IMG/VR virus record: IMGVR_UViG_3300020187_000010
Strand: one strand, 5' to 3'
DNA: 64,000 nucleotides
DNA from: a virus
Shown: in pieces, positions 7,701 through 16,200 of the stretch
How positions within the stretch are numbered: the stretch's first letter is position 1
Layout of the letters: every line of letters starts with the position of its first letter
The notes under the pieces: model-generated
Database searches by the model: none
What the model was told of the DNA's origin: nothing
Seen by the model: only the letters and a program-made list of their open reading frames with translations
Translations under genes and position numbers: made by a program

Positions 7701-10142
7701 AATATATGTTCCGGTGGCAGTTCTGGTTCTGATATAGTCACCAGTTGCAATTCTTATACGAGTATAATTTCCGGTATAGTTACCAGTATAGGTCGAATCA
7801 CGAGTATATGTTAAAATTCGACTACTAGTTCGAAGACTCGTTCGGATATAGTTGAGTGTGCGAACTGAAGTTCGAAGACTCGTTCGGATATAGTTGAGTG
7901 TGCGAACTGAAATACGTGTGCTGTTTCTGGTATATGCAGAAGGACGAGTACGGCCATATTCTCCTACGAACCCTCTATTATAATTGCCAGTATAATTGCC
8001 AGCAAACGCACGAGTATAATTTCCGGTATAGTTACCAATGTAGTTTCCGGCAAATGTTCTTTGGTAGTTACCAGTATAGTCGCCAGCAAACGCACGGTTA
8101 TAATTTCCGGTATAGTTACCAGCAAATGATCTACCATAGTCGCCGACATAATTACCGACAAATGTTCTTGCGTAATTACCACCAAAGTTACCGACATATC
8201 CTTGGAATCTGTCGCGAGTATATGTTACCAATGAATTCCGTGAAGAAATACGAGTGTAGTTGGAACCTCTTGTTCTTGCACTAATACGTGTTGATATACG
8301 AGAATAGTTGCCGGTATAGTCACCCGCAAACCCACGTGAATAGTTACCTATAAATGTTCTATTATAATTACCAACAAATGTTCTATTATAGTTACCAACA
8401 TAGTCACCGGTAAAAGTTACAAGTCTATCCCGAACATAATTGGAAACTCGGCCACGAGTGTAGTTACCAATAAAGTCACCGGTAAAGTCTGTTACTCGAT
8501 CACGTGTATATGCGGATATTCTCGTGCGTGTATAATTGCCTGTATAATTACCTGCATAATTAGAAACACGAATTCTTGCGTATGCAGAGATACGAGTACG
8601 GCCGTAGTTACCAACATAGTTACCGGTAAAAGTCGTTAGTTGATCTCTGGTGTATGTGGAGCTTCTAGTTCGGGTATATGCGGAGATACGAGTACGGGTA
8701 CTTATTCTAGAGTATGATGATACTCTGTTACGTGCATAGTTGCCAACAAAGTCGCCAATAAAGGATGTTACTCGATCACGAATATATGCACTGGTACGTG
8801 TTCGCGAATATGTTGATATGCGATTACGTGAGTATGTTCCTGCGTATGCGGATACTCTAGTACGGGAATAATCCCCAACAAAATTACCAATATAGTTTCC
8901 CGAAAACACGGTTGTGTATGTAGATGTTCTGTTACGAGTATATGTACTCAACCTGTTGCGAATACTATTTCTACTGTATGCAGATACTCTTGTTCTAGAA
9001 TAATTGCCTACAAAGTTACCTGTGAAAGTATTGATACTATCTCTGGTATATGCAGAAGATCTATTGCGAACATACTCGCCCACAAAGATTCTAGAGAAAG
9101 TATCAGTACTGTTTCTAGTGAAAGTTGAAGCACGGTTTCTTGTGTACTCACCTACGTAATTACCGACATACTCACCCACATAATCTCTGATATATTGTCC
9201 CGAAAAGTTTCGAGTGTAGTTGCCAATATAATTTCCACCAAAATCTCGGGTGAACGTATTTGTGCTATTACGAGTGTATAGTGAAGTTCTTGTTCTTGCG
9301 TATGCGGATGAACGATCACGAGTATAAGAAGATGCACGAGTACGAACATATGCAAGTTCTGAAGTTGTTCTTTTAGTATTGGTCGCAGTACCTTTTGCGG
9401 CCCAAGTTCCTGCACTTACCGGAGTTCCCTGAGTCGCAGATCTTAATTGGTAAGAACCAATATTACCCACCTTTCCCCTAAGAGTTTTACAGTGTTGTCC
9501 ATAAGTGTAAGTAATCTGGTTAACAGATTGTTCTTGTAATCCACCAAAACTGGCGGCAGAACCTGACCCAATCATACCAATCGGAGACGTGGCTGTCGGT
9601 GCAGTCATTGCATCACGTTGGTAGATATTGTATACTGTAGAAGTTCCGTTACCTAATGTATCTGTGTATACAGCGGGGATAAATGTACCATAGTCCGCAC
9701 TAGGTGCAGAAGAACCGAGGTAAAAGGTGCCTGGATAATCAGATATTGCAATACGTGCATTCAGACGAGTACATAAGGTATCCATATCTACATCAGTAAA
9801 TTCATGAATACCTACATCACCCGAAGTGTTCCAACCAACCGGTCTGTTATAAAAACTACCAGTATAGTTCGCATCATTAGATAGTTGTCTTAGATTAGTC
9901 GTAGTTGTGCCGGAAGTGATAGATGATGCGGGATGGGTACCATCAGGTTCATTGTAGAAAGTATCAACGAAAGAACCAATGATAGTACCACTAGAGAGAT
10001 GCAAGTCTCCCGCAGAAGAACCCGAAGAATTCTTTAGTTGAATACCTGCAAGATAGGCGAGATAGTTCTCTTCCGTAGGAGTCATCTCCTTCAGATCACC
10101 ATTCGTACCTTCTAACTTTAGTGGGATATCAGATGCGGCCAC
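4782..10142 (-). CDS. Giant self-complementary tetrad-repeat fibre protein (1786 aa) with inserted carbohydrate-binding-like domain
   Basis: N-terminal ~264 aa and C-terminal ETYTLYVRVA shared with the paralog at 10191-13277; residues 265-1767 are [YF]xG[ND]/[YF]xRx/RxSx tetrads; globular insert aa 1166-1386; late promoter upstream; sits in the tail module. Confidence 0.85.
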   Translation of the reverse strand: MAASDIPLKLEGTNGDLKEMTPTEENYLAYLAGIQLKNSSGSSAGDLHLSSGTIIGSFVDTFYNEPDGTHPASSITSGTTTTNLRQLSNDANYTGSFYNRPVGWNTSGDVGIHEFTDVDMDTLCTRLNARIAISDYPGTFYLGSSAPSADYGTFIPAVYTDTLGNGTSTVYNIYQRDAMTAPTATSPIGMIGSGSAASFGGLQEQSVNQITYTYGQHCKTLRGKVGNIGSYQLRSATQGTPVSAGTWAAKGTATNTKRTTSELAYVRTRASSYTRDRSSAYARTRTSLYTRNSTNTFTRDFGGNYIGNYTRNFSGQYIRDYVGEYVGNYVGEYTRNRASTFTRNSTDTFSRIFVGEYVRNRSSAYTRDSINTFTGNFVGNYSRTRVSAYSRNSIRNRLSTYTRNRTSTYTTVFSGNYIGNFVGDYSRTRVSAYAGTYSRNRISTYSRTRTSAYIRDRVTSFIGDFVGNYARNRVSSYSRISTRTRISAYTRTRSSTYTRDQLTTFTGNYVGNYGRTRISAYARIRVSNYAGNYTGNYTRTRISAYTRDRVTDFTGDFIGNYTRGRVSNYVRDRLVTFTGDYVGNYNRTFVGNYNRTFIGNYSRGFAGDYTGNYSRISTRISARTRGSNYTRISSRNSLVTYTRDRFQGYVGNFGGNYARTFVGNYVGDYGRSFAGNYTGNYNRAFAGDYTGNYQRTFAGNYIGNYTGNYTRAFAGNYTGNYNRGFVGEYGRTRPSAYTRNSTRISVRTLNYIRTSLRTSVRTLNYIRTSLRTSSRILTYTRDSTYTGNYTGNYTRIRIATGDYIRTRTATGTYIRTRTATGTYIRTRIATGNYQRISIRDRIATLYYQRTSYYAGDFTGNYTRTLYYIGNFTGNYTRTLYYVGNFVGNYNRIVNYVGDYTRIVKQTVYYTGDYLGVANYLRYSSRTRTATGYYIRTSIRTRIGTGTYIRTSTRTSNRIDTYIRTGYYIGNFTGDYTRTLYYTGNYTRTLYYTGDYTRTLYYIGNYTRTLYYTGDYTRISIRNRITPLYFTRIGYYAGDFTGDYTRIGSYAGDYIGDYTRIGYYTGDYIGNYSRNFIGDYSRTRISAYTRISTRSRNSSYIRTSINPSTRGRLSTYTRISARSRSSAYIRISTRSRPSNYTRTRIQNRSSTYTRTSTRDSIVQFVGTTGTRYSDQSNLLWQNFPAWTVGTGSATNYNQNGDGNSRISDTSPKGTDIVWDVSNQDATSNADGGWNTSAFSVDKTKLYRFSTWVRRKVIGNGSFYLGVGGTVLNRSNGASNSNPYFQARGWWYGTESQNEWFLVVGHVFPEGSGTGAAHADSGIYNMAGEKVVSAQNDFVWSGNTTAYHRTYLYYSTDTATNQQFWEPRVDDTTNAASPSITDMLTLSSNYTRTFAGNFTGDYTRGFAGNYTGNYTGEYTRISTRSRISTYIRTRASSYIRNRVSAYARTRITDSIGNFVGDYGRTFTGNYTRNSISTFAGNFVGNYNRGFVGNYTRISLRTSTRAFEGNYARAFAGNYSRTRVTDSIGNFIGDYARAFAGNYNRGFGGNYTGNFNRTFVGEYTRNSISTFAGNFVGNYNRGFVGNYARGFAGNYVGNYNRNFVGEYARTRATDFVGEYTGNFSRIFGGNYGRTFVGDFVGNYNRNFVGEYTRDSTSDFAGNFVGNYNRTFVGEYARTRSSNYVGDFTGNYSRTFVGDYSRTSVRTSARTRVSTFSRSRNSAYTIDSTRTRTSSYLGDFTGNYSRGFAGNYSRTFAGNYARNFTGNYTGTTVDSGTGVIETYTLYVRVA
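4842..9350 (-). repeat. 12-nt (4-aa) period repeat tract with nested 30/42/60-nt tandem duplications, interrupted at 5985-6647
   Basis: Direct reading, e.g. 42-nt tandem at ~7826-7910 and 30-nt tandem at ~7655-7730. Confidence 0.9.
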
Positions 10143-10175
10143 AAATTCACTTCTCTAATTTATTAAACTTATTTC

Positions 10176-10183
10176 TATTTATA
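10176..10183 (-). promoter_or_regulatory. T4-type late promoter TATAAATA
   Basis: Exact consensus ~35 nt upstream of the GTG start at 10142. Confidence 0.75.
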
Positions 10184-10190
10184 AGTTTAT

Positions 10191-13100
10191 TTATGCGGTT
10201 CTTACATACAGAGTATATGTTTCAACTGAGAATGTAGTATCCCTAATAGTCTGACCCACGTAGTCTCCTACAAAGTCTCTGGAATAATTACCGGCAAAGT
10301 TTCTACTATAATTACCGGTATAGTTGCCGCCAAAATCTCTAGTACTTGTTCGAGTAGACTCTCTAGTATATGAAGATCCTCTAGTTCTGGTGTATGTAGA
10401 CCCACGATTTCTTATAAAGTTTGTATTACTTACACGGGTATAGTTGGAGTTTCTATTTCTGGTAAACTCACCAGTATAATCACCGACATAATCCGCAGCA
10501 TAAACTCCAACGTATGTAGATGCTCTTAAAGTTATGTATGACGAAACCCGAGATCTACTGAAAGAATCGAACCTTGTTCTGGCTGATATTCGTGTGAAAT
10601 CTCCGGTATAGTTGCCGCCAAAATCTCTTGTGTAATTACCTGCAAAGTTTCTTGAGTAAGACGATACCCGAGTTCTGATATATGTCGAATAACGATCATT
10701 TAAACTAACTCTGGTAAATAGACCTGCATAATTACCGGTATAGTTACCGGCAAAGTCTCTCGTATATTCACCGGTATAGTTACCAGTATAGAGTGAAACC
10801 CTAGTCCGTATATAATTACTGTTTCTTTCTCGGGTAAAGTCTCTTGCATACTGTCCCGAGAAAGTAGAAGACCTAGTCAGTATATAATTACTGTTTCTTT
10901 CTCGGGTAAAGTCTCTTGAATATTGTCCCGAGAAAGTAGAAGATCTAGATCTTATGTAACTAGAATCTCTATTTCTGGTAAAGTCCCTCGCATATTCTCC
11001 CGCAAAAGTAGAAGATCTAACTCTTATGTAATTCGAATTTCTAGTTCTTTCATAGTTTCTTGAGTATTCGCCAACAAACAATCTATTATAACTTGATACT
11101 CTGGCTCTTTCGAAGTTTCTTGAGTATTCCCCAGCAAACTCTCTAGAATAAGTAGATACCCGAGTCCTAGTAAATTCGCGAGTGAATCCCTGCAAATATG
11201 AACTGACTCTTGTGAAATCACCAATGTATGAAGGAACCGTCCTAGTAGCTATAAAGTCACCGGTATACGTAGCGGGGCCAGCAAAGTAAAGACCACCACC
11301 CGATTTGTCGTATCTGACAGAATTCACAAATCCCGCAAAAGTAGATGTACTGTTACGAGTATATTCTCCTCCCGGCAATCCCAAATAACCAGCACCCACA
11401 AAGTCTCTTGTGTAATCACCAGTATAGTATAAAGTACCTTTTAGGTATTCTGCACGAGCTCGTGTATAATTACTTACTCTAACACCACCATATGTGGATG
11501 TCGAAGTGCGTGTAAAGTTTAATGTTCGAGTGAAGTTGCCAATATATGTTGAGAAACGAGTTCTGCTGAAGTTTCTATTATATGTAGAAATTCTATCTCT
11601 TGTATAGTCACGTGCATATTCACCAACAAAGGCTCTATTATATGCTGAACTTCTATCTCTAGTGAAGTCACGTGCATAGTTACCAATATATGTGGCAGTA
11701 TAATTGCCAGTGTAAGTTGATGACCTAATTCTAGTGAAGTCACGTGAATATTGTCCAGAGAAAAATCTGGAGTAATTGCCAGTGTAAGTTGATGACCTAA
11801 TTCTAGTGAAGTTACGTGCATATTGTCCAGAGAAAAGTCTGGTATAATCGCCAGTGTAATTAGAATTTCTAATTCTAGTGTAGTCACGTGCATATTGTCC
11901 AGAGAAAAATCTGGTGTAATCGCCAGTGTAATTAGAATTTCTACTTACTATTCTTGTTCTGGTATAGGTAGATGTTCTAGCACGTGTCGAGATTCGTGTA
12001 TATTCACCTACATAGTTACCAGCATAGTTGCCAAGAAACATTCTAGTATAGTTGCCGGTAAAGTCTCTGGAATAATTAGATGTACGAGTTCTACCATAAG
12101 CCGATTCCCGAGTCCGTGTGAAGTCTCTGGTATAATTGCCTGTAAATTCACCGGCATATGAACTGATACGTGTCGCTATGAAATCTCTAAAAAAGGTACG
12201 TGAAAAGTTGCGACTGAAGTTACCTGTGTAATTTCCAATATAGTTGCCTGTAAAGTCTCTAGAATAGTCTCCGACAAAAGTTCTACCATAGTCGCCAGTA
12301 AAATCACCGGTATAATTGCCCGTAAATTCTCTGGTATAGTTTCCTATAAATTCTCTGGTGTAATTGCCTGTGAATTCACCGGCATATGAAGTTGTCCCTG
12401 TGCGAGTGTAATCATCAGCGTAAGCCGAAGGTCTAGTTCTCGTGTATAAAGATGCTCGTGTGCGAGTATAGTTCTGTTCACTGACAACACGAATGGTGTT
12501 TGCAGCACTACCTACATTCTTCCAAGTACCACCGACAGGTATACCCTGCGAAGAAGTTCTAAGTTCATATGATCCGACCGCACCATCAATTGCACGTCTG
12601 GTTTTCGCACGTTGACCAATAGTCACTTGAACTTGACGATCTGTTAATGCTTGTAATCCTTCATAAGTACCAGAGGCGCCACTACTTCTCTTCAGTCCCG
12701 CGAGAGTGACCGAAGTTGGAGCAGTCATTGCAGTTCTACGCCATATACTATAGTCATTTACAGTATATGGGTTCCCCGAAGAGTCAGCACGTTGATCATG
12801 CAAAACACTAGGGACTAGAATGTCATAGTCTGCACTAGGTCTGGTCGAAGACAACTTGAGAGAGCCTGGATAGTCAGATAGTGCGATACGACCATTGATA
12901 TCATCGATGAAAGTGTTCAGATCATTATCCGACATTTCATATACATTACTTTCATAATGTCCGACTGGTTTTCTCCAATCACTATCATTCTCTAGTGCGG
13001 TACCATTGATCTGATATAAATTTGTTGTGGTGGTAATAACCGATTGGGCATTATATGGATGAGTTCCAACGGGTTCTGGATAATAGGTATCCGTCAGAGA

Positions 13101-13277
13101 TCCAAGAGACCTATTTCCACTTGCACTGAGCGTAAGAAGCCCTACATCGCTACTGTCCGCAATTGCGTTCTGTAGTCCTGCGAGGTAGGCAACATAATTT
13201 TTCTCGGTTGCATTTATCTGTTGGAGATTACCATTAATGTCTTTTAATTTTAACGGTAATGTCTTATTATCTGACAT
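10191..13277 (-). CDS. Self-complementary tetrad-repeat fibre protein, paralog (1028 aa)
   Basis: LPLKLKDINGNLQQINATEKNYVAYLAG vs IPLKLEGTNGDLKEMTPTEENYLAYLAG; repeats aa 270-1009; C-terminal ETYTLYVRTA. Confidence 0.85.
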   Translation of the reverse strand: MSDNKTLPLKLKDINGNLQQINATEKNYVAYLAGLQNAIADSSDVGLLTLSASGNRSLGSLTDTYYPEPVGTHPYNAQSVITTTTNLYQINGTALENDSDWRKPVGHYESNVYEMSDNDLNTFIDDINGRIALSDYPGSLKLSSTRPSADYDILVPSVLHDQRADSSGNPYTVNDYSIWRRTAMTAPTSVTLAGLKRSSGASGTYEGLQALTDRQVQVTIGQRAKTRRAIDGAVGSYELRTSSQGIPVGGTWKNVGSAANTIRVVSEQNYTRTRASLYTRTRPSAYADDYTRTGTTSYAGEFTGNYTREFIGNYTREFTGNYTGDFTGDYGRTFVGDYSRDFTGNYIGNYTGNFSRNFSRTFFRDFIATRISSYAGEFTGNYTRDFTRTRESAYGRTRTSNYSRDFTGNYTRMFLGNYAGNYVGEYTRISTRARTSTYTRTRIVSRNSNYTGDYTRFFSGQYARDYTRIRNSNYTGDYTRLFSGQYARNFTRIRSSTYTGNYSRFFSGQYSRDFTRIRSSTYTGNYTATYIGNYARDFTRDRSSAYNRAFVGEYARDYTRDRISTYNRNFSRTRFSTYIGNFTRTLNFTRTSTSTYGGVRVSNYTRARAEYLKGTLYYTGDYTRDFVGAGYLGLPGGEYTRNSTSTFAGFVNSVRYDKSGGGLYFAGPATYTGDFIATRTVPSYIGDFTRVSSYLQGFTREFTRTRVSTYSREFAGEYSRNFERARVSSYNRLFVGEYSRNYERTRNSNYIRVRSSTFAGEYARDFTRNRDSSYIRSRSSTFSGQYSRDFTRERNSNYILTRSSTFSGQYARDFTRERNSNYIRTRVSLYTGNYTGEYTRDFAGNYTGNYAGLFTRVSLNDRYSTYIRTRVSSYSRNFAGNYTRDFGGNYTGDFTRISARTRFDSFSRSRVSSYITLRASTYVGVYAADYVGDYTGEFTRNRNSNYTRVSNTNFIRNRGSTYTRTRGSSYTRESTRTSTRDFGGNYTGNYSRNFAGNYSRDFVGDYVGQTIRDTTFSVETYTLYVRTA
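10251..12470 (-). repeat. 4-aa period repeat tract with 72-nt (24-aa) tandem duplications in both halves
   Basis: 72-nt repeats at ~11700-11940 and ~10800-11040. Confidence 0.9.
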
Positions 13278-13291
13278 TCTCTTTCCTACTA

Positions 13292-16200
13292 TTAGTTTAG
13301 AAGAGTACCGTTTTCGTCATAGATTAAGACAGTTCTAGATGCCAGTTCATTTAACGCTTTAACAATACTATCATTATTTATACCTTCAAAGAAGTTGCCT
13401 GGCGCAGAACTGTCAAGTGTATTCAACTGACCAACTCGATTACTCAAGTTTAGAATGTCTGTGTCATTACTTGTGACTCTACCCTTTACGACTTCAATTT
13501 CACCAACCGCACTATCCAGTTGGGTGTGGATCTCATTGATAGCCGGAACAATAAACTTACTTGTTGTATCCAGTGTGGAGATACCTGTTCCTGACATGTT
13601 CGCAGTTGTACCACCGGACTGTATAATGTCCAGATGCGCACGGGTTATAAGTTTCTCGGACTCTATCTCGGTAACTGCACTATCTAGTTGCAAATGAAGT
13701 TCATTGATACCACCCGCAACATCTTGTGCGGTAGTGTCTAGATCTTCGTCAGTGTGGAATGCACGACCATGTATCTCTACCTTAGTTGCATCCATTTCGA
13801 TTGCAAGACCAGTACCAGAATAAATGTCCAGATGATTGCCAGAGTTTCGGAATTCACCAAACTGAACGGTTGCATCTTTAAGGAATACATTACCACCGTC
13901 TGCATCAAGTGTAATATCACCGGAGACATCATACGTCAGATTTCCTACAACATCAACTTCTTGGTTTGTACCAAGGTTATAGGTGAACTTAGTTACACCG
14001 CCATCCTTGAAGAAGATGTCCGCGCCATTCGCGTCAAGTGTAATATCACCTTCTGCATCAAGAAGAATATTTGTTCCTGCATTGATGGTTGCAGTTGTTC
14101 CTGCGGTAGTAGATGTAGATCCACCGGCAGTCTGTACAATACTACCTGTAGTAGTCAGACCATACGAGTCCGCACTATCATTTAATGCACCGATGATAGC
14201 ATTTACTAATGTGCCACCAACAGTAGTAGTTTTGTTTACAGTAATATTCTCTTTTACCGAACCACCAATAGTTAGACTATAACCATTTGTAGTAGTCAAA
14301 GATGCAGAATCACTTACCGATATATTATAATCTCCGGTAACAGTGATGTTGTTTGTTGCACCTAATTGATGACGGATGCGTGTGGATGCACCGTCTTTGA
14401 AGTAAATGTCGTTTCCATCTGCGTCAAGTGTAATATCACCAGAAGCATCGATCAAGTAATTACCATCTGCTGTATGGGTTTGTCCCAATGATGTTGTGGT
14501 CAATGTACCCAAAGTAGTATGAGACATTGCACCACTAGAAGTAACTGAGTAAGTACCACCAGCACTATCAGATTGGTTACCTGATACAGTTTGTGTAAGA
14601 TTACCGTTAACATCTAAAGTGTTTGACGCACCCATTCCATATGAGAAACGAGAAGTACCTGCATCTTTGAAGTCGATGTCTCCACCGTCTGCATCCAGTA
14701 CTATATCACCTGCCACATCGACAGTTAAGTTGCCGGTGGGTACGTCAATCTCTTGATTCGCACCCATAACGAAGTCGAATCTGATCGCCCCATTATCTTT
14801 AAGTGTAACATTACCGCCATTTGCATCAAGGTTAATATCACCCTCAACATCTGCGGTTAGGTTACCACCAGCGGTAAGACCCATGTTTGATTCAGTAACA
14901 AGATTGAACGCACCACCCGCAGTATTCGTCATCGGGCCACGAGTGTCGATATTAATACCGTTAGTCGAAGAGATGTCACGAGTACCAGAAGCACTGTCAG
15001 AGTGATCTCCTGCCACTGTAAGGGTGTTGTTACCCGAAGTAGTAGTAGTGAGTGTACCTGTAACATCTAAAGTATTTGCTGAACCCAGTCCGTAAGCAAA
15101 ACGAGTCGTTCCAGCTTGTTTGAGGTCAATGTCACCACCACCGGCATCCAATACAATATCATTGACAACATCAAAGATCAACGAACCGACAACATCAATC
15201 TCTTGATTCGTACCGAAATTATATGTTACCTTATTGGCACCACCATCTGTTAGATATAGTTGTCCACCATCAGCATCGAGAGTAATATCTCCAGATGCAT
15301 CAACAGTGAAGTTTCCCGCCACATTATGGGTTTGTCCCAATGATGTTGTGGTGAGAGTACCAAGAGTGGTATGAGACATCGCACCAGTTGAGGTGATGTC
15401 ACGAGTACCATTTGCACTGTCTGAGAAGTTGCCTGAGACGGTTTGAGTTAGATTACCTGTAATGTCTAAGGTATTAGATGCACCAAGTCCGTATTCAAAT
15501 CTAGATACTCCACCGTCTTTTAGGTCGATGTTTGCGCCATCTGCGTCTAATATAATATTACCAGACACATCAAGAGTATAATTGCCAGTTACGGCTTCGG
15601 TGTTAGTGGTACCCATCGTATATGCAATACGAGTAACACCACCATCTTTGTATGTAATGTTTGCCCCATCTGCATCGAAGATTATATCACCCGAGATGTC
15701 AAATGTCAAGTTTCCGGTACGAGAAACTGTACCGTCAGTAGCAAAGTCGTACTCTGTGACACCAGCATCTTTGAATGTGACATTACCACCATCAGCATCA
15801 AGGATAATATCTCCGGACGCATCGACAGTGTATGTGGTCGTTTCTATTCTAGTTGCACCGGTAGAGGTAAGAGTTGTATCACCAGATACATCGATATCTA
15901 AGTTAGAAGAAATATCAAGATCAAGGATACCAGTCACACCAACTGTGTTAGTGGTACCTAATGTGAATGCAATACGACTGACCGAATCATCAAGGAAGTT
16001 GATGTTAGATCCACCGGCATCTAAATTAATATCACCTACCGCATCAACGTTGAAGTTTGCACCGACATTGAATTGTACATCAGTACCACTTGCTTGATTA
16101 GTACTGATTAGTAAACGAGTTTGAGTTTCCCCTTGGAGGGCATTTCCCGTAGGATAAATGATTTCACCGGAAGATGCGTCAAACACTCTTTCGATTTCGT

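Noticed and set aside
4842-9350. Idea that the protein-level symmetry comes from a DNA inverted repeat or mRNA hairpin
   Set aside because: In the terminal segments I compared, the partner arms are not reverse complements in DNA (e.g. ~4860-4920 versus ~9290-9350). The complementarity appears only in amino-acid classes.
4976-12161. Short alternative-frame and antisense ORFs inside the two repeat genes
   Set aside because: By-products of the 12-nt periodic codon pattern; no SD or recognisable motifs.
4842-12470. Repeat tracts as a CRISPR array, DGR template or assembly artefact
   Set aside because: There is no constant repeat with unique spacers and no reverse transcriptase. The repeats are in-frame, synonymously diverged and keep long ORFs open with conserved termini in two paralogs.
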